This document shows positions 9,259 to 18,605 of a stretch of 64,000 nt of DNA, one piece after another. Origin of the DNA: an uncultured Trueperaceae bacterium. GTDB lineage: Bacteria > Deinococcota > Deinococci > Deinococcales > Trueperaceae. Every line of letters begins with the position of its first letter. The first letter of the stretch is position 1. The notes under the pieces were generated by a model, which had not been told where the DNA came from, ran no database searches, and was given only the letters and a program-made list of their open reading frames with translations. The position numbers were made by a program, and so were the translations under genes. The stretch spans positions 1 through 64,000 of the forward strand of contig CAWFFU010000009.1 of the NCBI GenBank assembly GCA_963815215.1, in the 5' to 3' direction.

Positions 9259-10677
9259 CTAGGGCGTTGCGGTGCCGGGCGTTGCGGCGGGCGCCGCGGT
9301 CGGGTCCGCCGCGGTCGGGTCCGCCGCGGTCGGGTCCGCCGCGGTCGGGTCCGCCGGTGCCTGGTCCGCTGGTGCCTGGTCCGCCGGTGCCGATTCCCCT
9401 CGGGGTCCGGCGTCGGGCGCCCCCTCCCGGACGGAGCCGCCCACCAGGCTCTCGCTGAACGTGCGGATCTCGGGGCGGAACGCCGCGCCCACCGCGACCA
9501 GCAGCTCGAGCGCGCCGGCCCCCGCGAACAGCGCCGTCAGGTCCCACTTCGCGACCGCGCCGGAGAGCGCCTGCGAGACCGGCACCAGCCCCGTGTTGGT
9601 GAGCATCAGGATGCTCATCATGCGGCCGAGCATCGCCTTGGGGGTGCGCGCCTGCACCCAGGTGAACAGCAGGATGGCCGCGTAGCCGTTGCCCACGCCG
9701 AGCACGAGCAGCAGGCCGAAGTCGATCCAGGTGGACCCCAGGAAGCCGAGCGCTCCCACCACCAGCCCGAACGCCGCCAGGAGGCCGATCAGGAGCACGC
9801 GCATCGCGGCGCCGCCGATGCGCGGCAGCGAGCCGGCCAGCACGAAGCCCACGAGGTTGCCCCCGGAGTAGGCGGACATCAGCAGGCCGAACGCCAGCGC
9901 GCCCTGCGGGAGTCGCTGGTCGGCCAGCACCGGGATGCCGACCAGCAGCGGGCCGATCAGCAGCAGGTTGACCGCGGCGAGCAGGAGCACGACGAGGCGC
10001 AACGGCCGGTCCGACCAGAGGTAGCGCACGCCGCTGAGGATCGAAGCCCACATGCCCTGCGCCTCCTCGGCGCCGTCCTCGAGCGAGCGGGCGGCGGAGC
10101 CGATCAGGGCCAGACAGGTCGCGGACACGGCGAAGCTCACCGCATCGATGGCGAACGCCAGGCCGATGCCCGCGAAGGAGCGGGCGTAGGCGCCGATGAC
10201 GATCCCGGCGAGGGTGGGACCCAGGAAGCCGACGAGCTGCCCCAGACCCATCACGACCGAGTTGCCCGCCTGCAGATCGCGTTCCTCGACCAGCGTGGGC
10301 ACGATGCTGTTGGCGGCCGGCACCGCGAAGCCCGCCACCAGGCCGAAGGCCAGCGCGAAGGCGTACAGCATCCAGGTCTGGGCGGCGCCCGCGAACACGA
10401 TGGCGGCCAGGAGCCCGGTCAGCGCGAAGCGCACGACGTCCGACGCGATCATGATGGCGCGCGGCGAGAACCGGTCGGTGATGGCGCCGCCGATCAGCAT
10501 GAACGCAGCGCGGGGCACGCCCTCGAGAGCCAGCACGATGCCCAGCGCGAGGGGGTCGCCGGTGAGCCGCAGCGCCAGCCACGGCATCGCGACCAGCGCG
10601 AACTGGTCGCCCAGCAGCGACGTTCCGGTGCCGACGGCGAGGAGCCGGAAGGCGGGGAGGGCGAGGACGCGCTTCAC
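9259..10677 (-). CDS. MFS transporter (DHA3-like)
   Basis: About 12 TM segments; GGAITDRFSPR motif A; GTSLLGDQF. Confidence 0.9.
   Translation of the reverse strand: MKRVLALPAFRLLAVGTGTSLLGDQFALVAMPWLALRLTGDPLALGIVLALEGVPRAAFMLIGGAITDRFSPRAIMIASDVVRFALTGLLAAIVFAGAAQTWMLYAFALAFGLVAGFAVPAANSIVPTLVEERDLQAGNSVVMGLGQLVGFLGPTLAGIVIGAYARSFAGIGLAFAIDAVSFAVSATCLALIGSAARSLEDGAEEAQGMWASILSGVRYLWSDRPLRLVVLLLAAVNLLLIGPLLVGIPVLADQRLPQGALAFGLLMSAYSGGNLVGFVLAGSLPRIGGAAMRVLLIGLLAAFGLVVGALGFLGSTWIDFGLLLVLGVGNGYAAILLFTWVQARTPKAMLGRMMSILMLTNTGLVPVSQALSGAVAKWDLTALFAGAGALELLVAVGAAFRPEIRTFSESLVGGSVREGAPDAGPRGESAPADQAPADQAPADPTAADPTAADPTAADPTAAPAATPGTATP
9291..9390 (-). repeat. In-frame 15-nt tandem repeat (ADPTA/ADQAP) in the MFS tail
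   Basis: ccgcggtcgggtccg x4 plus ggtgcctggtccg variants. Confidence 0.85.
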
Positions 10678-10854
10678 GGCGCCCGTCCCGTGCGTCCTCC
10701 GGGCGCCCGACGCGTCGTCCCGTCGGCGGCGCGCCGGCCGAGGGGGGCGGCGATGCGCGGAAGGGTGCGTTCGGATTCGTTCGCCGGTGTCCTCACGGGT
10801 CGCCTCCGGGGCCGTCGTCCCCTCCGCGCACCACGGGCGCCGAGGAGCGTCAGA

Positions 10855-10883
10855 AGTATAGGCGCACCCTTACATATTGACAA
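10855..10883 (-). promoter_or_regulatory. Sigma70-type promoter upstream of the MFS gene
   Basis: Minus strand TTGTCA-17 nt-TATACT within an AT-rich patch. Confidence 0.7.
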
Positions 10884-10907
10884 GTATTGCTTTACACTCT
10901 GTCAGTT

Positions 10908-11471
10908 CTACGCGTGCTTGCGAGGCCCCATCGCGCCGCGCGGGCCCGTCTCGGCGCCGTCGGCCACGCGGTCCGCGGGTCGGGCCTGGGGCGCCGCCGC
11001 CTGCCGCGCCCAGCGTGCCGCGCGCTCGAGCTCGCCCTCCTTGAGCGGTCCCTCGGTCCCCTCCACCAGGAAGCCCTCGCTCGCAACGGCCGGCCGGCCG
11101 CCGGCCCGCACCAGCGCCCGCTCGATGCGCCGCGCTGCGTAGGCCGACGGCCCCAGCATGCGCACGAAGAAGCTCAGCACGGCATTGTGCGCGTCCGCGA
11201 TGACCAGGCGCGTGTCGAACGCCGCCACCCGCACGTTCTCCAGGCTCCCGGCGGGCAGGCCGCCGAGCAGCGTGGAGACCGTCGGCAAGGGCCGGAACCG
11301 CTGCGTGGGCGATCCGACGATCAGCAGGCCCGCCTCGGCGAGCGCAGCGGGCGTCGCCTCGGCGACCGGCAGCAGTCGCACCTCGCCTTCGGGCCGCAGC
11401 GCGTCGGCGACGGCCTCCGCGACGCGCGCGGTGTTGCCGTACATGGAGTCGTAGACGACCAGGATCCGCAT
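10908..11471 (-). CDS. Flavodoxin-family protein
   Basis: VVYDSMYGNTARVAEA, GSPT, AAFDTR. Confidence 0.85.
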   Translation of the reverse strand: MRILVVYDSMYGNTARVAEAVADALRPEGEVRLLPVAEATPAALAEAGLLIVGSPTQRFRPLPTVSTLLGGLPAGSLENVRVAAFDTRLVIADAHNAVLSFFVRMLGPSAYAARRIERALVRAGGRPAVASEGFLVEGTEGPLKEGELERAARWARQAAAPQARPADRVADGAETGPRGAMGPRKHA

Positions 11472-11723
11472 GGTTGCGCCCCTCTCCGCACGTGCGCCCG
11501 GCACCCGTCAGATCAGCAGGATGCACGTTCACCGGTCACGTCGGGAGGACGATCTTGCCACAGCGGCCGTCGGAGAACGCCGGACCCCCTCGGCACGGCC
11601 CGTCGCCGGCGGGACCGCCGCGTCCCCTGCGGCGGCCGCCGGCCCCGACCACCCGCCCCGACCACCCGCCCCGGGCGCCACGTCCCCGGTGCCGTCGCCT
11701 GCCGGCGGCGCGGCCGACCCTTC

Positions 11724-12146
11724 CTAGGCCCCGGCCTCGAACGCCGGGTTCCACACCACCTCCCAGAGGTGGCCGTCCGGGTCCTGGAAGCAGCCCGCAT
11801 GGCCGCCCCAAAAGGTGTCGGACGCGCGTTTCACGATGGTGGCGCCGGCGGCCTCGGCCTGCGCCATGACGGCGGCCACCGCCTCGGGGCTGCCAACGTT
11901 GTGGCCGATGGTGAACTCGGTGGCGCTGCGCGGCGTCTCGGCGATCCCCGTGTCGTGCGCGATGGAGCGCCGGGGCCACAGGGCGAGCTTGACGCCGCCC
12001 TGCAGGTCGAAGAACGCGACGGCCCCGTGCTCGAACTCGGTGCCGACGATCCCTTCGGTGGGCAGCCCGAGCCCGTCGCGGTAGAAGCGCACCGACGCCT
12101 CCAGGTCGTCGACGCCGATCGTGAGGACCGTGATCCTGTTCTCCAT
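11724..12146 (-). CDS. VOC/glyoxalase family protein
   Basis: ITVLTIGVDDLEASVRFY...FWGGHAGCFQDPDGHLWEV; RBS aaggag. Confidence 0.9.
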   Translation of the reverse strand: MENRITVLTIGVDDLEASVRFYRDGLGLPTEGIVGTEFEHGAVAFFDLQGGVKLALWPRRSIAHDTGIAETPRSATEFTIGHNVGSPEAVAAVMAQAEAAGATIVKRASDTFWGGHAGCFQDPDGHLWEVVWNPAFEAGA

Positions 12147-12340
12147 GCGGCTCTCCTTCCGCTCCGCGCTCCGTCCGACCTCTCCCCCGTCCGGTCGCGC
12201 CCCCGCGCGACCGGACGCTTCGCGCGGAGACGACCTCCGGCATCGCTCGGGCGACGGCCGGGGGGGCAGGGGCCCGCATACCGCCGCCGCGCATCCTCGA
12301 GCGCCGGGCCGCGGCCGCCGGCCACGTCCGCAGGCCCCGG

Positions 12341-12384
12341 ATGACACTTTCATGACACTCCCCCCGCCGCACCCTCCGTACGAT
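12341..12384 (+). promoter_or_regulatory. hemA promoter: 11-bp-spaced direct repeat plus -10 box
   Basis: atgacact-ttc-atgacact (12341-12359); TACGAT at 12379-12384, 8 nt before the GTG start. Confidence 0.6.
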
Positions 12385-12392
12385 GGGACCTC

Positions 12393-13586
12393 GTGGAACG
12401 ACTGGCATTGATGGGCGTGTCGCATCGCAGGGGCGGCGCCCGCGCGCTCGAAGCGTACCAACAGGCGTACGGCGAGGGGGGCGACCTGCTGCGCGGCGCG
12501 GGCCTCCGGGAGTTCGTCCCGATCGTCACCTGCAACCGTTGGGACGTGGCGATGGTGCTGCCCGACGGACTCGAGGTGGAGGACGTGCGCCGCCGCCTGG
12601 CGCTCGACGGGCAGGAGCGCCCGTACGCCTTCGTGGCGGACGGCGCGCTGGAACAACTCGCGCGGGTGGCGTCGTCGCTCGACTCACTCAACCCCGGCGA
12701 GGACCAGATCATGCGCCAGGTGCGCGAGGCCTATCGCGAAGCCCAGCGTGCCAAGCGCACGGGGGCCACCACCGCCTTCGCCTTCGACACGGCGCTGCGG
12801 GTGGCCAAGCGGGTGCGCCGCGAGGTGGCGCTGGCGCCCGTGAACGCCTCGCTGTTCAGCCTGGCGCGCCCCCAGCTCGAACCGCTGCTGGCCCAGGGCG
12901 GCAGCGTAGCGGTGCTGGGTGCCGGCGAGATGGGCGCGCTGGCCGCCCGCGCGCTGGCCGAGCTGAGCGGCGTGCGCGTCGTCGTCGCCAACCGCACGCT
13001 CGAGCGCGCCGAGGCCGTGGCCCGCGCCAGCGGGGCCGAGCCGATGGCGCTGTCGCACTTCCTGGCGGGCCCACCCGACGTCACGGCGCTGGTCTGCGCC
13101 ACCCCGGTGCGCCACCTGGCCGACGCGGTGCTGCTGGGCCGGCTGCCGTCGCTGGAGCTGGCCGTCGACCTCGGCATCCCGCGCAACGTCGACCCTGCGG
13201 CCGCGCAGCGGCGCGGCGTGCGGGTCCTCGACGTCGACGGGCTGCAGGCCGCAGGCCGCGAGCGCAGGAGCGAGCTCTCCGGCAAGCTGGCCGAGGCCGA
13301 GCGCATCGTCCGCGCCGAGCTCGACGACGCCGTGCAGGCCTGGACCGAGCGGCAGCTCGGCCCCTCCATCCGCCGGCTGCGGGCGCTCTACCTCGACACC
13401 ATCGGTGACGCTCTGCCGCCCGAGGCCGCCGAGCGGCTGGCGCACAAGTTCGCCCACGTGCCGGTCAAGGGGTTGCGGGCGCTGGCCCGCGAGCACGGCC
13501 TCGAGGCGGCCCGCACCTTCCTGGACGAGGCGGGTCTGAGTGAGGCCGGCCTGGCCGACGCCGCCGAATCCGGGGACGCCTCGTGA
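12393..13586 (+). CDS. hemA: Glutamyl-tRNA reductase
   Basis: TCNR catalytic Cys, SLDS..GEDQI, GAGEMG, NRT, DLGIPRNV. Confidence 0.93.
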   Translation: MERLALMGVSHRRGGARALEAYQQAYGEGGDLLRGAGLREFVPIVTCNRWDVAMVLPDGLEVEDVRRRLALDGQERPYAFVADGALEQLARVASSLDSLNPGEDQIMRQVREAYREAQRAKRTGATTAFAFDTALRVAKRVRREVALAPVNASLFSLARPQLEPLLAQGGSVAVLGAGEMGALAARALAELSGVRVVVANRTLERAEAVARASGAEPMALSHFLAGPPDVTALVCATPVRHLADAVLLGRLPSLELAVDLGIPRNVDPAAAQRRGVRVLDVDGLQAAGRERRSELSGKLAEAERIVRAELDDAVQAWTERQLGPSIRRLRALYLDTIGDALPPEAAERLAHKFAHVPVKGLRALAREHGLEAARTFLDEAGLSEAGLADAAESGDAS

Positions 13587-14533
13587 GCCGGCTCCCCGAC
13601 TACCTGCGCGGCGTGCGCGGCCGGCCCGGCGAGGGGACGGTCGTGCGCATCGCCACGCGCAGCAGCGCGCTGGCGCTGCACCAGGCCCAGAGCATCGCGG
13701 CGGAGCTGGAGGCGCTCGGTTGCGGCGTCGAGCTGGTGCGCGTCGAGACGCAGGGGGACCGCGACATGAGCCCGTTCGCCGCGCTGGGGGGGCAGGGCTT
13801 CTTCACCAAGGCCGTGCAGGAGGCGCTGCTGGACGGCCGCGCCGACCTGGCGGTGCACTCCCACAAGGACCTGCCGAGCGCGCCCACGCCGGGCCTGGAG
13901 ATCGGCGCGGTGCCGGCGCGGGCCGACGCCCGCGACGTGCTGGTGATCCGGCCCGACGCCGTCGACGCGGCCCAAGGCCCCCTCCCGTTGCGCTCGGGCG
14001 CGGCGGTCGGGACCAGCGCCGCGCGCCGCCGCGACCAGCTCGGCCGCATGCGCCCCGACCTGGAGCTACGGGAGATGCGCGGCAACGTGCCGACGCGCCT
14101 GCGCAAGCTGCGCGAGGGCGCCGCCGACGCGCTGGTGCTGGCGGCGGCCGGCCTCGACCGGCTCGAGCTCGGCCTCGAGGGTCTGACGGCCGTGCGGCTC
14201 GAGCCCGAGACCTTCGTGCCCGCGCCGGCGCAGGGGGCGCTGGCCTTGGAGATCCGCCGCGGCGACGACGCGCTGGCCGCGCTCCTGACCGAGATCCACG
14301 ATCTGAAGGCCGCCCTGACGGTGTCGGCCGAGCGCGGGCTGATGGCGATGCTGCAGGGCGGCTGCCAGCTCGCGCTCGGCGCCCACGCCCGCCTCGACGG
14401 CGGCGCGGTGCGGCTGCGCGCGTACTACGAGGGCGCCGTGGTCGAGGCCGAGCACCCCACCGGCGAGGGCGCCGCCATGCTGGCGTTCGAGGCGCTCGGC
14501 CGGCCCCATCCCGCCGGGAGCGGCGCCGCATGA
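13583..14533 (+). CDS. hemC: Hydroxymethylbilane synthase
   Basis: IATRSSALAL.QA, GFFTKAVQ, AVHSHKD, RGNVPTRL, GGCQ. Confidence 0.95.
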   Translation: MSRLPDYLRGVRGRPGEGTVVRIATRSSALALHQAQSIAAELEALGCGVELVRVETQGDRDMSPFAALGGQGFFTKAVQEALLDGRADLAVHSHKDLPSAPTPGLEIGAVPARADARDVLVIRPDAVDAAQGPLPLRSGAAVGTSAARRRDQLGRMRPDLELREMRGNVPTRLRKLREGAADALVLAAAGLDRLELGLEGLTAVRLEPETFVPAPAQGALALEIRRGDDALAALLTEIHDLKAALTVSAERGLMAMLQGGCQLALGAHARLDGGAVRLRAYYEGAVVEAEHPTGEGAAMLAFEALGRPHPAGSGAA

Positions 14534-15337
14534 GGATCGTCCTGACCCACGCGGCCGGCCGCTTCGAGGGCCTGGCCGCGGCCCTGCAGCGGCGCGGCCA
14601 CACCGTCGCGTCGGCGCCGCTGATCGCCACCCGGCCCCGCACCGGCGAGGACGTGCGCGCCGCGGCGGCGGCGCTGCTGGCGCTGCCCTGGCTGCTGTTC
14701 ACCAGCCGCTCGGCGGTGGAGGCGTGGAGCGCGCTGGCGGTGGGCTGGCGACCCGCCGATGGCGCCGACCGCCGCGGGACCGACTGACGCCGCGCCGCGC
14801 CTGGGCGCGGTGGGGCGGCCGACGGCCTCGGCGTTGCGCGCCGCGGGGGCGGAGCCGGCGCTGGTCGCCGAGCGGTCGTCGCGCGCCGCCGTCCTGGCCG
14901 ACGCCTTCCTGCGCCATCCGCAGGCCGCCGGCCCGGTGGGCCTGCCGCAGGGCGACCGGGCGTTGCCGACACTGCGCCGGGCGCTGGAGCGCGCGGGCTT
15001 CGAGACCCGGCCGCTGGTGTTGTACGAGACCGTGACTCAGCCCTGGTCGGGCGACGCTGGTGACGCCGACGCTGGTCACGCCGACGCCCGGGCTCCGGAG
15101 CGCGCTTCCGAGCCCGAGCTGGTGGTGCTGGCCAGCCCTTCGGCCGCCGACGCCCTGCCGCAGGCGATCGCGGCGCACGCCACGCTCGTCGCCATCGGAC
15201 CCACCACCGCGGCCGCGCTCGAACGCCGCGGGCTGGCCTGCCGCCAGGCGCGCTCGCCCAGCGTGGGGGGCGTGCTGGCCGCCGTCGACGCCCTGGCGGC
15301 CGGCGACGGGCACGATCACGAAGGAGGCAGCGCATGA
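14530..15337 (+). CDS. hemD: Uroporphyrinogen-III synthase, broken by a +1 frameshift near 14750-14790 (probably an assembly error)
   Basis: Frame 1: MRIVLT...LLFTSRSAVE to a stop at 14787. Frame 2 continues: AVGRPTASAL...LYET...ASPSAA...IGPTTA. Confidence 0.8.
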
Positions 15338-16548
15338 GTCGAACCCTGGAGCGTGGCGCGGGCAAGATCCTACGGGGCACCGACCCGCGCGACCCGGACG
15401 CCCGCGACGACGACGGGGCGGGAACGGGAACGATGCCGACCCTGCTGGCGCGCCCGCGGCGGCTGCGCACGACCGCGGCGATGCGGGCGCTGGCGAGCGA
15501 GACGGCGCTGCAACCCCACCAGCTGGTGGCCCCCTTCTTCGTGACGGCCGGGCGCGACGCCGTGGAGCCGATCGCTTCGCTGCCGGGCGTCTCGCGCCTC
15601 GGGACGGAGCCGCTGCTGCGCGAGCTCGAGCGCGCGCTGGAGCTCGGCATCCGCTCGACGGTGCTCTTCGGGGTGGTGGACGGCAGCGCCAAGGACGCCC
15701 ACGCGCACGCCGCCGACGATCCGCAGGGACCGGTGGCGGCGGCGCTGCGGGCGGCGCGCGCAGCCTTCGGCGACGACCTGGTGCTCATCACCGACGTGTG
15801 CCTGTGCGGCTACACCGATCACGGCCACTGTGGCCTGCTGGCGCCGACGCCGCGTGGCCTGGTGGTCGACAACGACGCCAGCCTGGGCCGTCTCGCCGCC
15901 ATGGCGCTCGCCCACGCCGAGGCCGGCGCCGACCTGGTCTCCCCCAGCGACATGATGGACGGCAGGGTGGCCGCGATCCGCACCGCGCTCGACGGCGCCG
16001 GCTACGAGAACGTGGGGGTGCTGTCGTACGCCGTGAAGTACGCGTCGGCCTTCTACGGGCCGTTCCGCGACGCGGCCGGCTCGGCGCCGAGCGGCGGCGG
16101 TGACGGCGACGGTGACGGCGACGGTGACGGTGACGGTGCGGCGGCGGGCGGCACGGCGCGCTCCGGCGGCTGGGGACGCGACCTGCCGGTCCACCACGAC
16201 CTGGTACCGCCCGAGAACCGCGCCACCTACCAGATGGACTACCGCAACGCCCGCGAAGCGCTGCGCGAGGCCGCGCTGGACGAGGCCGAGGGCGCGGACA
16301 TGCTGATGGTGAAGCCGGCTCTCCCCTACCTCGACATCCTGGCGCGCCTGCGTCCGCGCACCCAGCTCCCGCTGGTGGCCTACTTCGTGTCGGGCGAGTA
16401 CGCCATGATCAAGGCGGCGGCCGCAGCGGGCGCTCTGCACGAGCCCTCGGCGGTGCGCGAGGCGCTCACCGGCATCCGCCGCGCCGGCGCCGACCTGATC
16501 ATCACGTACCACGGCATCGAGGCGCTGGAGAAGGGCTGGCTACGGTGA
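15334..16548 (+). CDS. hemB: Porphobilinogen synthase (Zn-binding type)
   Basis: RPRRLR, DVCLCGYTDHGHCG, SPSDMMDGR, KYASAFYGPFRDA, MVKP. Confidence 0.97.
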   Translation: MSRTLERGAGKILRGTDPRDPDARDDDGAGTGTMPTLLARPRRLRTTAAMRALASETALQPHQLVAPFFVTAGRDAVEPIASLPGVSRLGTEPLLRELERALELGIRSTVLFGVVDGSAKDAHAHAADDPQGPVAAALRAARAAFGDDLVLITDVCLCGYTDHGHCGLLAPTPRGLVVDNDASLGRLAAMALAHAEAGADLVSPSDMMDGRVAAIRTALDGAGYENVGVLSYAVKYASAFYGPFRDAAGSAPSGGGDGDGDGDGDGDGAAAGGTARSGGWGRDLPVHHDLVPPENRATYQMDYRNAREALREAALDEAEGADMLMVKPALPYLDILARLRPRTQLPLVAYFVSGEYAMIKAAAAAGALHEPSAVREALTGIRRAGADLIITYHGIEALEKGWLR

Positions 16549-16576
16549 TGGGGACGGGGTTCCCGGAGCGTATTTC

Positions 16577-16611
16577 TTGACAGGGTATCGACTTTCTCCT
16601 GACAACATACT
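16577..16611 (+). promoter_or_regulatory. Putative regulator boxes and promoter upstream of the sensor kinase
   Basis: TTGACA (16577), TCGACT (16588), CTGACA (16599) at an exact 11-bp period; CATACT at 16606-16611. Confidence 0.5.
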
Positions 16612-16629
16612 GCTGGGCAAAGGCTGACC

Positions 16630-17847
16630 GTGCCCGGCCCAGACGCACCCACGCGCACGCTCGGCTCGCGCCGCTGGGCCCGCTCCCGGGCGGCCACCCG
16701 CGTGGCCTTCGGCGTCATCGTGGTGTTCGTGCTGACGCAGGCGGCGTGGTGGATCGTCTTCGAGTTCCGCACCATCCACCAGGCGACGCAGGCACAGCTC
16801 GCCGCCTGGGAGAACGACGCGCGGCTGGCCAACGAGGTGCTGGCCCAGGCGGGCGGCGGTGCGGCCAGCGACGCTACGCTGCAGCAGCGCATCCTGAGCC
16901 GCTACCCGCACCTGGCCTACCGGGGGAGCCTGCCGGGCGGCAGCTTCGTGGTCGACCCCGCCAGCCGGCAGCGCTTCTTGGCGACGCAGGACCGTCACCT
17001 ACGCATGTTCGCCTTCGAGGGGCCGACCTTCGCGTTGGTGGTGCTGTCGATGCTGCTGCTGATCGCCGCCACGCTGCGCAGCGAGCGTGAGCTCAAGCGG
17101 CGCCAACAGAACTTCCTGTCGGCCATCACCCACGAGTTCAAGACGCCCATCAGCACCCTCAAGCTGCTGGTGCAGACGGTGCAGATGCGGAGCCTGCCGC
17201 CCGCCAAGCAGGAGGAGTACCTCAAGCGCATGGAGGCCGAGCTCGACCGGCTCGAGCGCACCAGCGAGCAGGTGCTGGCGAGCGCCCGCCTGGAGCACGC
17301 CGAGCAGACCCCCGGCTTCGCCCCGTTGGAGCTCAACCACGTCGTCCAGGGCATCGTCGGCGCCGCCCGCTCCGGCCTGGAGGCGCGGGGCGCCCTGCTC
17401 AAGGTCGACTACGCCCCCGAGCCGCTGCCCGTCTCGATCGACCCGGACGCCTTCACGGTGGTCCTGAACAACCTGCTCGACAACGCCGTGAAGTACACTC
17501 CCGGGGCGGAGCGGCCGGTGCGCGTGAAGCTCGAGCGCCGGGGCGACCTGATCGAGGTCCACGTCGACGACCAGGGCGTGGGGCTCAAGGAGGGCGAGGA
17601 GGAACGCGTGTTCGAACGCTTCTACCGGACCGGCGACGAGATGACCCGCGAGTCGGAGGGCGTCGGTCTGGGCCTGCACCTGGTGCGCAGCATCACCGAG
17701 GCGATGAACGGCTGGGTGCGCTCCGGTGCCAACCCCGACGCCGAGCGCGGCTCGCGCTTCACCGTGGTGCTGCCGCGGCGCGTGGTCGCGACCGAGCTCG
17801 AGCGTGACGCGGTCGGCGCGGCCGCCGGGCGCCGGGGAGCGTCGTGA
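16630..17847 (+). CDS. Membrane sensor histidine kinase
   Basis: Two TMs; THEFKTP H-box, NLLDNAVKY, DQGVG, FERFYR, GLGL. Confidence 0.95.
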   Translation: MPGPDAPTRTLGSRRWARSRAATRVAFGVIVVFVLTQAAWWIVFEFRTIHQATQAQLAAWENDARLANEVLAQAGGGAASDATLQQRILSRYPHLAYRGSLPGGSFVVDPASRQRFLATQDRHLRMFAFEGPTFALVVLSMLLLIAATLRSERELKRRQQNFLSAITHEFKTPISTLKLLVQTVQMRSLPPAKQEEYLKRMEAELDRLERTSEQVLASARLEHAEQTPGFAPLELNHVVQGIVGAARSGLEARGALLKVDYAPEPLPVSIDPDAFTVVLNNLLDNAVKYTPGAERPVRVKLERRGDLIEVHVDDQGVGLKEGEEERVFERFYRTGDEMTRESEGVGLGLHLVRSITEAMNGWVRSGANPDAERGSRFTVVLPRRVVATELERDAVGAAAGRRGAS

Positions 17848-18605
17848 CGGCGGCGCCGCGTCCGGCCGCGGGCACGCGCACGGACGCCGCGCGGGTGCTG
17901 ATCGTCGAGGACGAGGCGGCGCTGGCCGCGGTGCTGGCGGACAACCTGCGCGAGGAGGGGCTGGCCGTGAGCACGGCGCCCGACGGCGTGACCGGCGAGC
18001 AGCTGTGGGCCGACGAGCGCCCGGATCTGGTGGTGCTCGACGTGATGCTGCCGCGTCTCGACGGCTTCACGCTGTGCGAGCGCATGCGCGACGCCGGCTA
18101 CGACACGCCGGTGCTCTACCTCAGCGCCCGCGGCGAGGCCGACGACCGGGTGCGGGGGCTGCGCGCGGGAGGGGACGACTACCTCCCCAAGCCCTTCCAC
18201 CTGCCCGAGTTCCTGTTGAGGGTGAAGGCGCTGCTGCGACGCCGCGGCTGGGCCGGGCAGGCCCCGCGCGCGGGCTTCCACTTCGCCGGCCACTTCGTCG
18301 ATTACCGCTCTTGGACGGCCGAGCTCGCCGGCGGTGGACGCGAGCCGCTGGGGGAGCGCGAGTTCCGCATCTTCCGGGTACTGGCCGAGCGCGCCGGCGA
18401 GGTCGTCAGCCGCGACGACATCCTCGACGCCGTGTGGGGCGGCGACGCCTTCCCGTCCAGCCGCACCGTGGACAACTTCGTGCTGCGGCTGCGCAAGCTG
18501 TTCGAGCCCGACCCGTCGGCCCCGCGCTACTTCCACAACGTCTGGGGCGTGGGCTACCGCTTCACGCCCGACGGCGAGGCCGAGGAGGGCCCCATCGATG
18601 CCTGA
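17844..18605 (+). CDS. OmpR/PhoB-family response regulator
   Basis: LIVEDE, LDVMLP, DDYLPKPF, winged helix RTVDNFVLRLRK...WGVGYRF. Confidence 0.95.
   Translation: MTAAPRPAAGTRTDAARVLIVEDEAALAAVLADNLREEGLAVSTAPDGVTGEQLWADERPDLVVLDVMLPRLDGFTLCERMRDAGYDTPVLYLSARGEADDRVRGLRAGGDDYLPKPFHLPEFLLRVKALLRRRGWAGQAPRAGFHFAGHFVDYRSWTAELAGGGREPLGEREFRIFRVLAERAGEVVSRDDILDAVWGGDAFPSSRTVDNFVLRLRKLFEPDPSAPRYFHNVWGVGYRFTPDGEAEEGPIDA

Noticed and set aside
10674..10883. 69-aa ORF upstream of the MFS gene
   Set aside because: Its start lies inside the promoter -35 element and the product is low-complexity.
14740..14790. Programmed ribosomal frameshift in hemD
   Set aside because: No slippery sequence is evident, and the same +1 pattern recurs in unrelated genes.
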